Of a stretch of DNA of 64,000 nt, positions 19,141 through 27,643 are shown piece by piece. The translations under genes were made by a program, and so were the position numbers. Position 1 is the first letter of the stretch; each line of letters opens with the position of its first letter. Source of the DNA: Candidatus Latescibacterota bacterium (GTDB lineage: Bacteria; Latescibacterota; UBA2968; UBA8231); NCBI GenBank assembly GCA_965205655.1, contig CBDBIJ010000022.1:113546-177545 (forward strand), in the 5' to 3' direction. The notes under the pieces are model-generated. The model had not been told where the DNA came from. It saw only the letters and a program-made list of their open reading frames with translations, and searched no databases.

Positions 19141-19815
19141 TTATCTCAGGACGATATCCCCCAAGCCCTGCTCGCGTTGAATGCACAGCAGCAGATCGCC
19201 GTCGGCCACGGTGATCTCCACCGGATTATCGACCACCTCGTTCGAGATGCCGTCCCGCTCGGCCGCGGCGAGGCTCTCGCCATTGAGGGGGTACTTCAGG
19301 CCCCGTGTCACGATCCCCTGCACCGGCCCGCCGAGCGGACTGAGCGACACCTTCAATCCGGGCGCCGCCTCGAACCGTACGCCGCCGTCGACGAGCCGTG
19401 TGTCGCAGCACTCGTCGAGGATCCGCAAAGCCAGCCGGTCCGCGTACATCTTCAGCAAGCTCAGGTTCCAGAGCGTGTGATCGACCCGTCCACCAGTGAC
19501 TCCCAGCAGCGCCGCCTCACGCACTCCCAGCATCAGCGCGTGATCGAGAGCCTTCACGAGGTCCGTGCTGTCTTGTGCGTCGATGCGAATGCGGCGATCC
19601 TCCTCTAAGGCTGCCAGCGCCTCCGGCCTCACCGAATCGAGGTCGCCTACGATGTAATCGGGCATCACCCCGATAGCTGCCAGCGCGTTCGCCCCGCCGT
19701 CCGCGGCGATGACGAGCGAGGCTTCGCCCCTGACGGAGTCGAGCAACTCCCTCGAGGGGGGCTCGCCGTTGCCGACGATGAGCGCGTGCTCTCGCGACCT
19801 CGCCTTATCAGCCAC
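19141..19815 (-). CDS. thiN: Thiamine diphosphokinase
   Basis: IAADGGAN, VGDLDS, QDSTDLVKA, GGRVDHTLWN, GLKYPL, GISN. Confidence 0.93.
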   Translation of the reverse strand: MADKARSREHALIVGNGEPPSRELLDSVRGEASLVIAADGGANALAAIGVMPDYIVGDLDSVRPEALAALEEDRRIRIDAQDSTDLVKALDHALMLGVREAALLGVTGGRVDHTLWNLSLLKMYADRLALRILDECCDTRLVDGGVRFEAAPGLKVSLSPLGGPVQGIVTRGLKYPLNGESLAAAERDGISNEVVDNPVEITVADGDLLLCIQREQGLGDIVLR

Positions 19816-22219
19816 CAGCTCCTCCTACGGTATCGAAGAAGCTTGTCGATACGGTCACGCCGACTTGTCTCGGATCGCCATGACTGATGTAGCGGGCCTT
19901 TTCCTCGTCGGTCGGTGCCAGCTTGAAGAAGAAGCCACGCACCGCGTAGCGTTCATCCAGGAGATTTCTCCCCCAGAGAGTGATGTCCCACGCGTCGCCG
20001 CTGTATCCGACGCTGCCGTTTAGCAACTGGTAAGCCTCCGATTTCTGATCGTGGCTGTCAGAGAAGAAGAATTCGTCTACCGCAGTGGCCTCGGCCCTCG
20101 CCACGAGTCCTCTCCGATCTCGATATTCACCGCCGATCCGAAGATTGTACTCGGGAGCGTGGGCGGCCGCCCGGTCTCCGAGGTCCAGCTCGACAACCTC
20201 ATCGTAGATGATCGCGTCAAAGCGATAGCGGTCGATATGGCTATCAAGGTAGCCGAGCGAGCCGAACAGACTGAGTGCGGATGTGGGTCGAAACGCTTGC
20301 TCGAGCTCGACACCGCTGTTGCGACCTTTGTCCGCATTCGCGGTGAAGTAGAAGAAGCTGTTTGGATCCGGATGCTGCTGGCTCGACAGGTTGACCTGCT
20401 GGTCGGAGCGCATGGCGTGGAACAGCGTCAATGATGTCGACGACTTCGCACCGGAGAACCGATAGCCCGCCTCCAGATTCCAGATGTACTCGGGATCGAA
20501 AGGCCGGTTGCTGGCAGGCAGACGCGGGTGCTGGTTGATACCGCCGGCGCCGAACCCGCGCGAAACGGCGGTGAATGCCGTTCGCCCGGCACCCAGACGG
20601 TAGGTCAGCGCCAACTTGCCACCCGCCAGCCACTGGGTGACGTCGAAGTCGATCGGCTGCGGTTCCTCATCCGTGAAGCTGTTGAATGTCGTGCCCGCGT
20701 AGGAAGTGGCATTGCGATCGACTCGCGCGTTGATCGACATCGTCAGATCCTCCGAGAGGACGCGGCCGATCTGGCCGTAGAACGCCAGGTCCGTGACGTC
20801 GAAGGTGCTTTTCAGATCTGTGACATCCCCGCCGAACAGATAACCATTGGCATCGTCCTTCTCCTCAAGCGACTTGGCGTACGCCCCCACGATGACGTCG
20901 CCGATACCGGTGACGCCCGGCTTCAACAGCCGCACTTCCTGCGACAGCGTCGAGCGGTCCCGCACGTTGCGGTCGAAAAAGTCCCAGCTATACCCTTGCT
21001 CTTGGGGATCGAAGCTGTACGGCTCCTGCAGCCAGAAGTCGTCGTTGCCCCAGTCGCCGTCGAAGCTGTGCTCGAGCTCTGTCTGCGAATAGGCCGTTAT
21101 CGACACCAGCTCTGCCCGCATCCGCTTCAGAGGCAGCTGTCCTCTCAACGAAAAAGCGACCGTCTCCTGTCTGTCTTTCCCGCGGTTGTCCGAGTATGTG
21201 ACCAGATCTTCGTTGTTGTCCGGACTCCAAGCGTCGTAGCCGTTGTTCAGATTGGCACGGAAGATCGTGGCCATCAGCATGGCGCCGTTGTCGGCGGCCA
21301 TCCACCGCACCTTTGCGCGCGCCATCTCCTCCCGCCGACGGTTGGAATCCTCTACGTTCCGAAATACGTTCTCGCGAAAGCCGTTCGACCGACCAGCACC
21401 AAATCCCACCCGTACAGCCAAATCCTCGTTCACCGGCACGTTGACGTGGCCGGCGTACCGCAGCATCGCGTCATTGCCCAGCGAGACACTGCCACCGCGG
21501 GTGAAGGCGTGTATCGGGTCAGACGACTGCACGTTGATCAGTCCCGCCATGGCGTTGGGGCCGAAGATCGTCGACTGCGGCCCCTTGAACACCTCCACCT
21601 GCTCGAGGTCGTGCAAGAGCCCCGCCATCCCCATGCCGCTCAGGTCGACGTCGTCCATCACGAAGCCGACGGAGAAATTCGGCGGACCCTCGCCGGCGTA
21701 GTGGCTGCGCTCTCCCATGCCGCGGATCTGGAAGTAGCGCGGCCTTGAGGTGCCGCCGGCCCAGTTCAGATTCGGTATCGACTGCGTCAGATCGTGGAGA
21801 TGGTGATTGCCGGCGCTCGCCAGCTCGCGCTCCCCGATCACGGTCACGCTCGATGGCACCTGACCGAGTGCCTGCTCCATCAGCCCACCGACCACCACGA
21901 CCTCGGGTCCCTGCAGGGCAATCTGCCACATTCGCACTATCACCGCCTCCCCGGTCGGTGCCAGGACGACCGATTCATAGCCGATGAAGGAGACGGTGAC
22001 CGAAGCGCCCGCCGGGACCGTCAGCTCGAAGCGGCCGTTCTCGTCGGCGATCGTGCCTCTGTCTCCACTGACCACGCTGGCTCTGGCAAGCGGTGCGCCC
22101 GTATCGGCGTCGATGACCGTTCCGCTCATCGAAACGGACTGCGCCTCGACGCCGCTTGCCGCGGCCAACACGATTAAGAAAGTGATGATGCGATTTGTGA
22201 TTGAGCTGCCGTCTTGCAT
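19808..22219 (-). CDS. TonB-dependent receptor, probably for thiamine, with an N-terminal CarboxypepD_reg-like domain
   Basis: SFIGY domain, plug IRG and EVFKGPQ, NLLDERY; GGGAGG SD before ATG 22219; lies downstream of a TPP riboswitch. Confidence 0.9.
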   Translation of the reverse strand: MQDGSSITNRIITFLIVLAAASGVEAQSVSMSGTVIDADTGAPLARASVVSGDRGTIADENGRFELTVPAGASVTVSFIGYESVVLAPTGEAVIVRMWQIALQGPEVVVVGGLMEQALGQVPSSVTVIGERELASAGNHHLHDLTQSIPNLNWAGGTSRPRYFQIRGMGERSHYAGEGPPNFSVGFVMDDVDLSGMGMAGLLHDLEQVEVFKGPQSTIFGPNAMAGLINVQSSDPIHAFTRGGSVSLGNDAMLRYAGHVNVPVNEDLAVRVGFGAGRSNGFRENVFRNVEDSNRRREEMARAKVRWMAADNGAMLMATIFRANLNNGYDAWSPDNNEDLVTYSDNRGKDRQETVAFSLRGQLPLKRMRAELVSITAYSQTELEHSFDGDWGNDDFWLQEPYSFDPQEQGYSWDFFDRNVRDRSTLSQEVRLLKPGVTGIGDVIVGAYAKSLEEKDDANGYLFGGDVTDLKSTFDVTDLAFYGQIGRVLSEDLTMSINARVDRNATSYAGTTFNSFTDEEPQPIDFDVTQWLAGGKLALTYRLGAGRTAFTAVSRGFGAGGINQHPRLPASNRPFDPEYIWNLEAGYRFSGAKSSTSLTLFHAMRSDQQVNLSSQQHPDPNSFFYFTANADKGRNSGVELEQAFRPTSALSLFGSLGYLDSHIDRYRFDAIIYDEVVELDLGDRAAAHAPEYNLRIGGEYRDRRGLVARAEATAVDEFFFSDSHDQKSEAYQLLNGSVGYSGDAWDITLWGRNLLDERYAVRGFFFKLAPTDEEKARYISHGDPRQVGVTVSTSFFDTVGGAGG

Positions 22220-22257
22220 GAGAGCCTCCCTCAGTGATGCAGAGCACTCACGCCCCG

Positions 22258-22300
22258 AAAACGAAAGGCCGCGCTCCCAGTACGGGAGAACGGCCCTTTG
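22258..22300 (-). terminator. Intrinsic terminator, expression platform of the TPP riboswitch
   Basis: Minus strand AAAGGGCCGTTCTCCC-GTACT-GGGAGCGCGGCCTTTC followed by GTTTT. Confidence 0.7.
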
Positions 22301-22320
22301 CGACATCCTCTGTCGGGGTC

Positions 22321-22403
22321 CGTGGTCCCTACGCTGGCATGATCCAGATCAGGTTCGAAGGGTGTTAGATCTCAGGCCCTCTCTCGAGAGCCACCCCTCA
22401 CGG
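22321..22403 (-). promoter_or_regulatory. TPP riboswitch (THI element)
   Basis: Minus strand AGGGGTG...CTGAGA...ACCCTTCGAACCTGATCTGGATCATGCCAGCGTAGGGA matches the canonical aptamer, with a CCGTG/CACG closing stem. Confidence 0.95.
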
Positions 22404-22495
22404 AACCGTCGTTTGGTAACTCGACGTAATTCTAATATAGTTCTGGCTGCATGCTCGTCAATTCGACGAATCCATCCTCAGCTGGAGGTCTACTG

Positions 22496-22807
22496 ATGAA
22501 ACGCGTCATGGTTCAGTACCAGGTAAAAGCGGATAAAGCCGAGGAGAATAAACGACTTATCGATGCCATCTTTGCTGCCCTGAAGGAGGCTTCGCCCGCC
22601 GGCCTGGAGTATTCCTCGTATGTGCAGGAAGACGGAGTGAGCTTCGTCCACATCGCATCGATTGATACCGAAGATGGCAGCAATCCCCTCGAGGACATCG
22701 AGGCCTTCGACACCTTCACGGCCGAGATCCGCGATCGCTGCGAAATTCCGCCGGCGCCGACGCCGCTGCAGCAGGTCGGCTCGTATCAATCGGCTCGCGA
22801 GGGGTAA
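22496..22807 (+). CDS. Small hypothetical protein, possibly a dimeric alpha/beta-barrel (ABM-like)
   Basis: GGAGG SD; VMVQYQVK...DGVSFVH pattern. Confidence 0.65.
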   Translation: MKRVMVQYQVKADKAEENKRLIDAIFAALKEASPAGLEYSSYVQEDGVSFVHIASIDTEDGSNPLEDIEAFDTFTAEIRDRCEIPPAPTPLQQVGSYQSAREG

Positions 22808-22808
22808 C

Positions 22809-22998
22809 TTACCCCCGCTCTGATATCAGCGTCCCCGCCACCGCCCACTGATCGCGGTCGAATTCCTCGATGCACGGCCATCGTCCCGTCCCTCGGGGAG
22901 CCACAGATATCAACTATGGCGTCTGTGATCCTCGCTGCCAGTTCCTGCTTCTGCTCCTTCGTGCGTCCCTTCAGCATCTTCACGTTGATGAATGGCAT
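22809..22998 (-). CDS. 4-oxalocrotonate tautomerase family protein; 1-nt frameshift near 22872
   Basis: Catalytic Pro1 (MPFINVKMLKGRTKEQK); the other frame continues IEEFDRDQWAVAG. Confidence 0.85.
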
Positions 22999-23024
22999 AC
23001 GTGACTCCCCTTTGTTGCCGGACC

Positions 23025-24002
23025 TCAGTCGGGCAAAAGGAACTTCCCCTTACTCATGATTGCGGTTCCGTCGACTTCGACTTCCGGAAGAGCAAGAATC
23101 GCGTCGAGGTGAAGAGGTGCCCGAACGGTTCCTCCCGGCAGGGCGGCATTGCTGCCCGTGCTCACGTGAGCCCAGCCGTAGATGCGCTCTCCCTCGAAAC
23201 TGGGCTCGTCGCCGAGCAGGCGCGCTCCCGGGTTCGTGCCCATCCCCCAGGCGGCAAACTCGTAGACACCTGCATCGTCGAACTGAGCCAGCAGTTGATT
23301 CAGCCGGTCCGCTTCCGGGCCACCCTCGATCTTCGTCGCACGCCCATTCTCGAATGTCATCGTCAGCGGGCCTGACAGCCTGCCGATACTGGTGACCGAG
23401 CCATCCACGACCGCCTGCCCCTGCACCGTACCCAACGGGGGAACGTTCAGCGCCAAGCCGGCTGGAAACGTATCGAGCTCTCCTTGCTGATGACACAGAC
23501 CATCCGCCACCATCGTCGGATTCCCGAGATCGAGAGTCAGATCAGTTCCGAGATCGGACGTGATGCGCACCTTCTTTCCACCATCGAGTAGCGCCCCGAG
23601 TTGATTCGTCAGCTGTGCCAGCGGCGCCATATCGGCAGACATGGTACGAAGGAAGGCGTCCTCACTGACACCGGGCATGGTGATCACCCGCGTGCCCGCC
23701 TTCTGAGCCGCGATTCGCGCCTGGCTGTGAGTCAGAGACGTGCTCGTGTGAAGAAAGGCGGCGTCCGCTGCTCTCATCGCTTCGGCAACAGCTGACGGCG
23801 GCTCCATACCTCCCCGCGGACGCGCCGGAAACACGATCGCCATCGCCTCGGCGCCGGCGGCTCTCGCCGCCCCGAGCATCGCCTCGCTGACGCTGTGATC
23901 GGCCATCGTGTCGGCCACGATCAGCACCTCCTCGCCCTCCCTCACCCCCATGCATGTTTCCACTGCGACCCGGCCGCAGTGGGCCAGTTCGACTGTTCGC
24001 AT
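23025..24002 (-). CDS. Aminopeptidase T / M29-like thermophilic metalloprotease family
   Basis: SLTHSQAR, TMPG, GTDLT, VVDGS, GMGTNP, HVSTG, HLDAIL. Confidence 0.75.
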   Translation of the reverse strand: MRTVELAHCGRVAVETCMGVREGEEVLIVADTMADHSVSEAMLGAARAAGAEAMAIVFPARPRGGMEPPSAVAEAMRAADAAFLHTSTSLTHSQARIAAQKAGTRVITMPGVSEDAFLRTMSADMAPLAQLTNQLGALLDGGKKVRITSDLGTDLTLDLGNPTMVADGLCHQQGELDTFPAGLALNVPPLGTVQGQAVVDGSVTSIGRLSGPLTMTFENGRATKIEGGPEADRLNQLLAQFDDAGVYEFAAWGMGTNPGARLLGDEPSFEGERIYGWAHVSTGSNAALPGGTVRAPLHLDAILALPEVEVDGTAIMSKGKFLLPD

Positions 24003-24165
24003 CTGGTCGTCTCTCCTCAGCGCCCGATGGAGCAGCCTTCGCGGTTGAAGAACGTAGCTGATACGTCGTCACCTTCACTATGTTTAGTGGGCTGCGGTGG
24101 CGCGCCTTCGCAGAGCATAGCATATATGTACCGTCGTCGGAAGCAGCTGCGGAGAGGATTCTGAT

Positions 24166-24501
24166 ATGGGCGAAGCTGTTCTAGTGATCGCGGGGTTGGC
24201 CATCCTGTCGCTGTTCGCAAACATGCTCTCGAGAGAGAAAAGCGGCGCGGAGAATGACATCGGTCAGCCAATTGAGCACACCATCACGGTTTGGGGGGAA
24301 AGAGAGCCAGCTGCCCGTAGTCCCGAACCGGCACCGCAGAGAATAACGGTAGAATACAGCGTTACTATCGATGCGGATTCAGCAGAGATGCTCGCGGTGC
24401 TACAGCACGAGAGTGTCGCGGCTGCCAACGAGGACTTCCGGCGCCGGTTCGCCCGATTCCTACACGGACATGAGATTGGCAGTGGCGTGGTGCGCATCTG
24501 A
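24166..24501 (+). CDS. Hypothetical membrane-anchored protein
   Basis: GAGG SD and an N-terminal hydrophobic helix. Confidence 0.55.
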   Translation: MGEAVLVIAGLAILSLFANMLSREKSGAENDIGQPIEHTITVWGEREPAARSPEPAPQRITVEYSVTIDADSAEMLAVLQHESVAAANEDFRRRFARFLHGHEIGSGVVRI

Positions 24502-24535
24502 GTGAGTGGCGCGAAGCGGTAGGGGGCCAGTGAGC

Positions 24536-25044
24536 ATGAAAGGAATAAAGCTGGAACTGCACGAGGTCCTAGAAAAAGCCGAGGACGATAATCTGCTCAG
24601 CAGATCCATCGATGGCTTCCTGCTGGCCCTAATCGTGTCGAACATTGCCGTGGTTATACTGGAATCGATCGCCAGTTTGCGGGAAAGCTATGGCGGTTTC
24701 TTCGAGGACTTTGAGCTCATCTCGGTGATCATCTTTAGCGTTGAGTATGTGTTGCGGCTGTGGGTCTGTAACGTGCTCCCGCAATACCGGGGCGCTCTCG
24801 GCCGCATCAAGTACGCCCTCACTCCCATGGCCATCGTGGACCTGATGGCTGTCCTGCCCTTCTACCTGCCCCTGTTCTTTACCTTCGACCCCTCGGGGCC
24901 ATCATCGCCATTCTGGGGATCGGATTGTTCGCCCTGCCCGCCGGAATTCTCGGATCCGGATTCGTCGTGGCGATGCGAAGACAGGAGAGCAGCAAATTCT
25001 ACTGCCCGCATTGCAGCAAAGAGATCGCCAGACAATCTCAGTAG
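24536..25044 (+). pseudogene. Voltage-gated K+ channel / ion transporter with S4, S5 and the pore deleted
   Basis: S1-S3 (IFSVEYVLR, IVDLMAVLPFYL) is joined out of frame near 24890 to S6 (GIGLFALPAGILGSGF) and a CPHC tail; no TVGYG filter. Confidence 0.8.
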
Positions 25045-25062
25045 TGGCGACCACTCTGTCAT

Positions 25063-25464
25063 TTAATATGACTCGTCCGCGGAGCCTTCCGGGCGCCGCC
25101 CTCTCTCCGGCGCAGTCACGCTTCCTCGGCTCTTTTGTCCCTTCTCTTCCTTCTGCTGATCTCGAACTTCCTTGCGTTCGGATGCGTGTGAGATCTCCGT
25201 CAGCCTGTCCAGGTAGGTATTGATCCTCCGCAGTTTATCTTTGAGAGGACGGAGCGCCGTTTGCAGCTCGTGAATCCGTTTCCGCTTTTCGGGAAGTCCC
25301 TCCTGGAGTTTGGCGATCCGCCGGTCGAGCTTGCGCAGAGTTTTCCCCATCTCGTTACTCGCGTTCTGCAGCCGGATGAGGCTCTTGGCCACAACCACGG
25401 CCGCTCCAGCCGCGGCGGCGACCGCGGCGGCTTCTGGTCGGAAGAGTAACTCGGAGATTCCCAT
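25063..25464 (-). CDS. Hypothetical coiled-coil protein with an N-terminal hydrophobic segment
   Basis: Ala/Val-rich helix followed by a heptad-like K/R/E/L region. Confidence 0.55.
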   Translation of the reverse strand: MGISELLFRPEAAAVAAAAGAAVVVAKSLIRLQNASNEMGKTLRKLDRRIAKLQEGLPEKRKRIHELQTALRPLKDKLRRINTYLDRLTEISHASERKEVRDQQKEEKGQKSRGSVTAPERGRRPEGSADESY

Positions 25465-25521
25465 GGAGGTTCCCTGGTATGCCCGTGGCAGGCACGAATC
25501 TACAATTTTTGCCCTTCTTTG

Positions 25522-26730
25522 TCACCAATTCTGATCACACCTCGACGGCCCGCGGTACACCTCCTTGAGCTCAAGTGCCAGGCGCTCGTTATCGTGTAGG
25601 GCGAGGATGGAACTCCGAGCCAGGCTCCGCTTCGCTGCCAGAGCGTCAGGGTGATCCAGGTAATACTTCAGACACTCCTCGAGCTCTCCCAGGCTCGTGA
25701 GGATGAAACCGGATCTCCGCAGGTCCTCGGTCATGAACTCGGGGCGAACGTAGGTCACCGTGGGCACACCGAGGAACATGCTCTCGATCTGGGCATTCGC
25801 ATAGTAGCCCATCTTCATCTTGCCGATAGACAGGTCGGCCGTCGCCAGTTCCCTCAGGATGCGTTCGTGTGACTCCGCCTGCAGTACGGTGAATTCGATG
25901 CAGTAGCCGCGGCATTTGAGTCCCTCGATGGCCTTCTCGATCTCTGCGGTCCCCTCGATACCCGGATGGTTCGTGGCGTGCACTATCTTCCAGCCACGCC
26001 GCGTTCCTCCCACCTCTTCGCCGGAGCGGTATTTGTTGTGATCGATTTCCGGCGTGAAAAACGGGAAGTGGACGGCCTCTGAAACGAAATCGAGCATGTC
26101 GGGCGTGGTCACGAGGAGGTTGTCTCCGTAGCGTCGAGCCAAGCCGCGCTTGTGCTTGAGCAGGCTGCCCTGACAAGGGTAGGTCGGGGCGTAGTCACAG
26201 CTCTGGCAAATGTTGACTTCTGGATGGAGCTGCATGTTGACCTTTCGGTCCCGGATGTCGCAGCCGCGGAAGTTGATCACCAGCTTTCGTCCCAGTCTCT
26301 TCAAAATGGGCTGGTCCCAGCCGAACTTGCCCGTCGTGATCATGAAGTGCGAGTGGACGACCTCGTACTTCGCCACCACGCGCCAGAACAGGAAGAACTC
26401 CTGTACGGCGCGAACCGGAGGCCATATGGAGGCTACGAAGTTATAGTCACACTGGCTCCACGTCTCGCTCGTGCCGATGGCGAGATAGTCCGCGTCGACC
26501 CCGACACGGCGCAGAGCTTTCACCGTGTAGAAGGGTATGTGCACCATATTGGAGATATGGAGCACCGTGCCTGGCCGCACGACCTTGCGGCGGAAGGGTA
26601 CCAGAAGCAGGTTGATGGGGTGAAGTACGAGTGTCGAGAGCCGGTACAGACAGTCGTGCACGCCCTCGACCAGGAAACTGAACCATAGACTTCGTCTGCT
26701 GCGCTTCAGGATGTCAACGACGAACTTCAT
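25522..26730 (-). CDS. Glycosyltransferase, GT-B/GT4-like
   Basis: VVHSHF, FRGCDIR, IVHATNH, YYANAQIESMFLGVPTV. Confidence 0.75.
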   Translation of the reverse strand: MKFVVDILKRSRRSLWFSFLVEGVHDCLYRLSTLVLHPINLLLVPFRRKVVRPGTVLHISNMVHIPFYTVKALRRVGVDADYLAIGTSETWSQCDYNFVASIWPPVRAVQEFFLFWRVVAKYEVVHSHFMITTGKFGWDQPILKRLGRKLVINFRGCDIRDRKVNMQLHPEVNICQSCDYAPTYPCQGSLLKHKRGLARRYGDNLLVTTPDMLDFVSEAVHFPFFTPEIDHNKYRSGEEVGGTRRGWKIVHATNHPGIEGTAEIEKAIEGLKCRGYCIEFTVLQAESHERILRELATADLSIGKMKMGYYANAQIESMFLGVPTVTYVRPEFMTEDLRRSGFILTSLGELEECLKYYLDHPDALAAKRSLARSSILALHDNERLALELKEVYRGPSRCDQNW

Positions 26731-27632
26731 GCGTGGCGCCGGGACAGCGGAGCATCTAACTGTCCTTTTGCCTCCTCACACACCTCGACCGCGCCCTCGG
26801 CAAAATCGACTCGCGGAGCCCCCAGAAGCCTCTCCATCGTCGTGATATCCCCGACCAGATGGCTGGCACCCCCTTCGCATTCCGCGACGTCGAAAACGGG
26901 CTCCACCCCGAGCAAGTCTCCGATGGTCCGGCCGATTTCCGCCAACGACAGGACGCGCGGGCCCGCCAGGTTTATCAGATAGCTGTCATCAAGAGTCAGG
27001 GCTTGCACCAGGGCATCTGCGGCATCCTCGACGTAGAGCGGATTTATGTGCAGACCTTGCTCGCCTCTCAGCAGGATCGGCTCCCCGGCGAGCACCGAAT
27101 GCACGAGCCGCGGTACGAGCATCGCCCGCGACTGCCCCTTGCCGTAGGGGAAAAAAGGCCGCACCACGACCGTATTGAAGAACGTCTTGTAGTTCGCTAT
27201 CAGAAGCTCGGCGGAGCACTTCGTGCTCAAGTAGAAGTTGATGGGATCCACCTTGTCCGTTTCCACGAACCGGTCGTAGCTGGTCCCGTACACTCCCCCA
27301 GTCGAGGCGTACAGAAACTGTTTCGCCCCCGCGCCTCTAGCGTACTCCAGCAGGTTGAAGGTGCTGGCCACGTTGATGCGGTAGATATCATCCGCCTTAT
27401 CCGGGAAGTCCTTGTAGTGCTTCGACTGCGCCAAATGAATGACCGCATCCACTCGTTCCGGCAGTTCGTCCGGGCGAAGCTGAGCCGACAGGTCCTGGAT
27501 ACAGAACCGAACCCCGCCGACTCCCTCAGCTGGCTGATGGCGAACGAGGCAGTGGACGTCGTGGTCCCCGGCAAGACGTGTAACCAGACGACTTCCGATA
27601 AAACCCGTTCCTCCGGTGATCAGGATTCGCAC
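26727..27632 (-). CDS. NAD-dependent nucleotide-sugar epimerase/dehydratase
   Basis: TGGTGFIG, HLA, YLSTK, RPFFPYG. Confidence 0.9.
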   Translation of the reverse strand: MRILITGGTGFIGSRLVTRLAGDHDVHCLVRHQPAEGVGGVRFCIQDLSAQLRPDELPERVDAVIHLAQSKHYKDFPDKADDIYRINVASTFNLLEYARGAGAKQFLYASTGGVYGTSYDRFVETDKVDPINFYLSTKCSAELLIANYKTFFNTVVVRPFFPYGKGQSRAMLVPRLVHSVLAGEPILLRGEQGLHINPLYVEDAADALVQALTLDDSYLINLAGPRVLSLAEIGRTIGDLLGVEPVFDVAECEGGASHLVGDITTMERLLGAPRVDFAEGAVEVCEEAKGQLDAPLSRRHA

Positions 27633-27643
27633 AGTCTCGTCTC

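Noticed and set aside
19808..19840. TonB receptor does not end in Phe (…SFFDTVGGAGG)
   Set aside because: Short tail explained by overlap with the thiN SD and start; no evidence of function.
17822..21748. Long alternative-frame and antisense ORFs (17822..19186, 18763..19608, 20528..21748 and similar ones elsewhere)
   Set aside because: Shadow ORFs expected in GC-rich DNA over well-supported genes; Arg/Pro-rich with no motifs.
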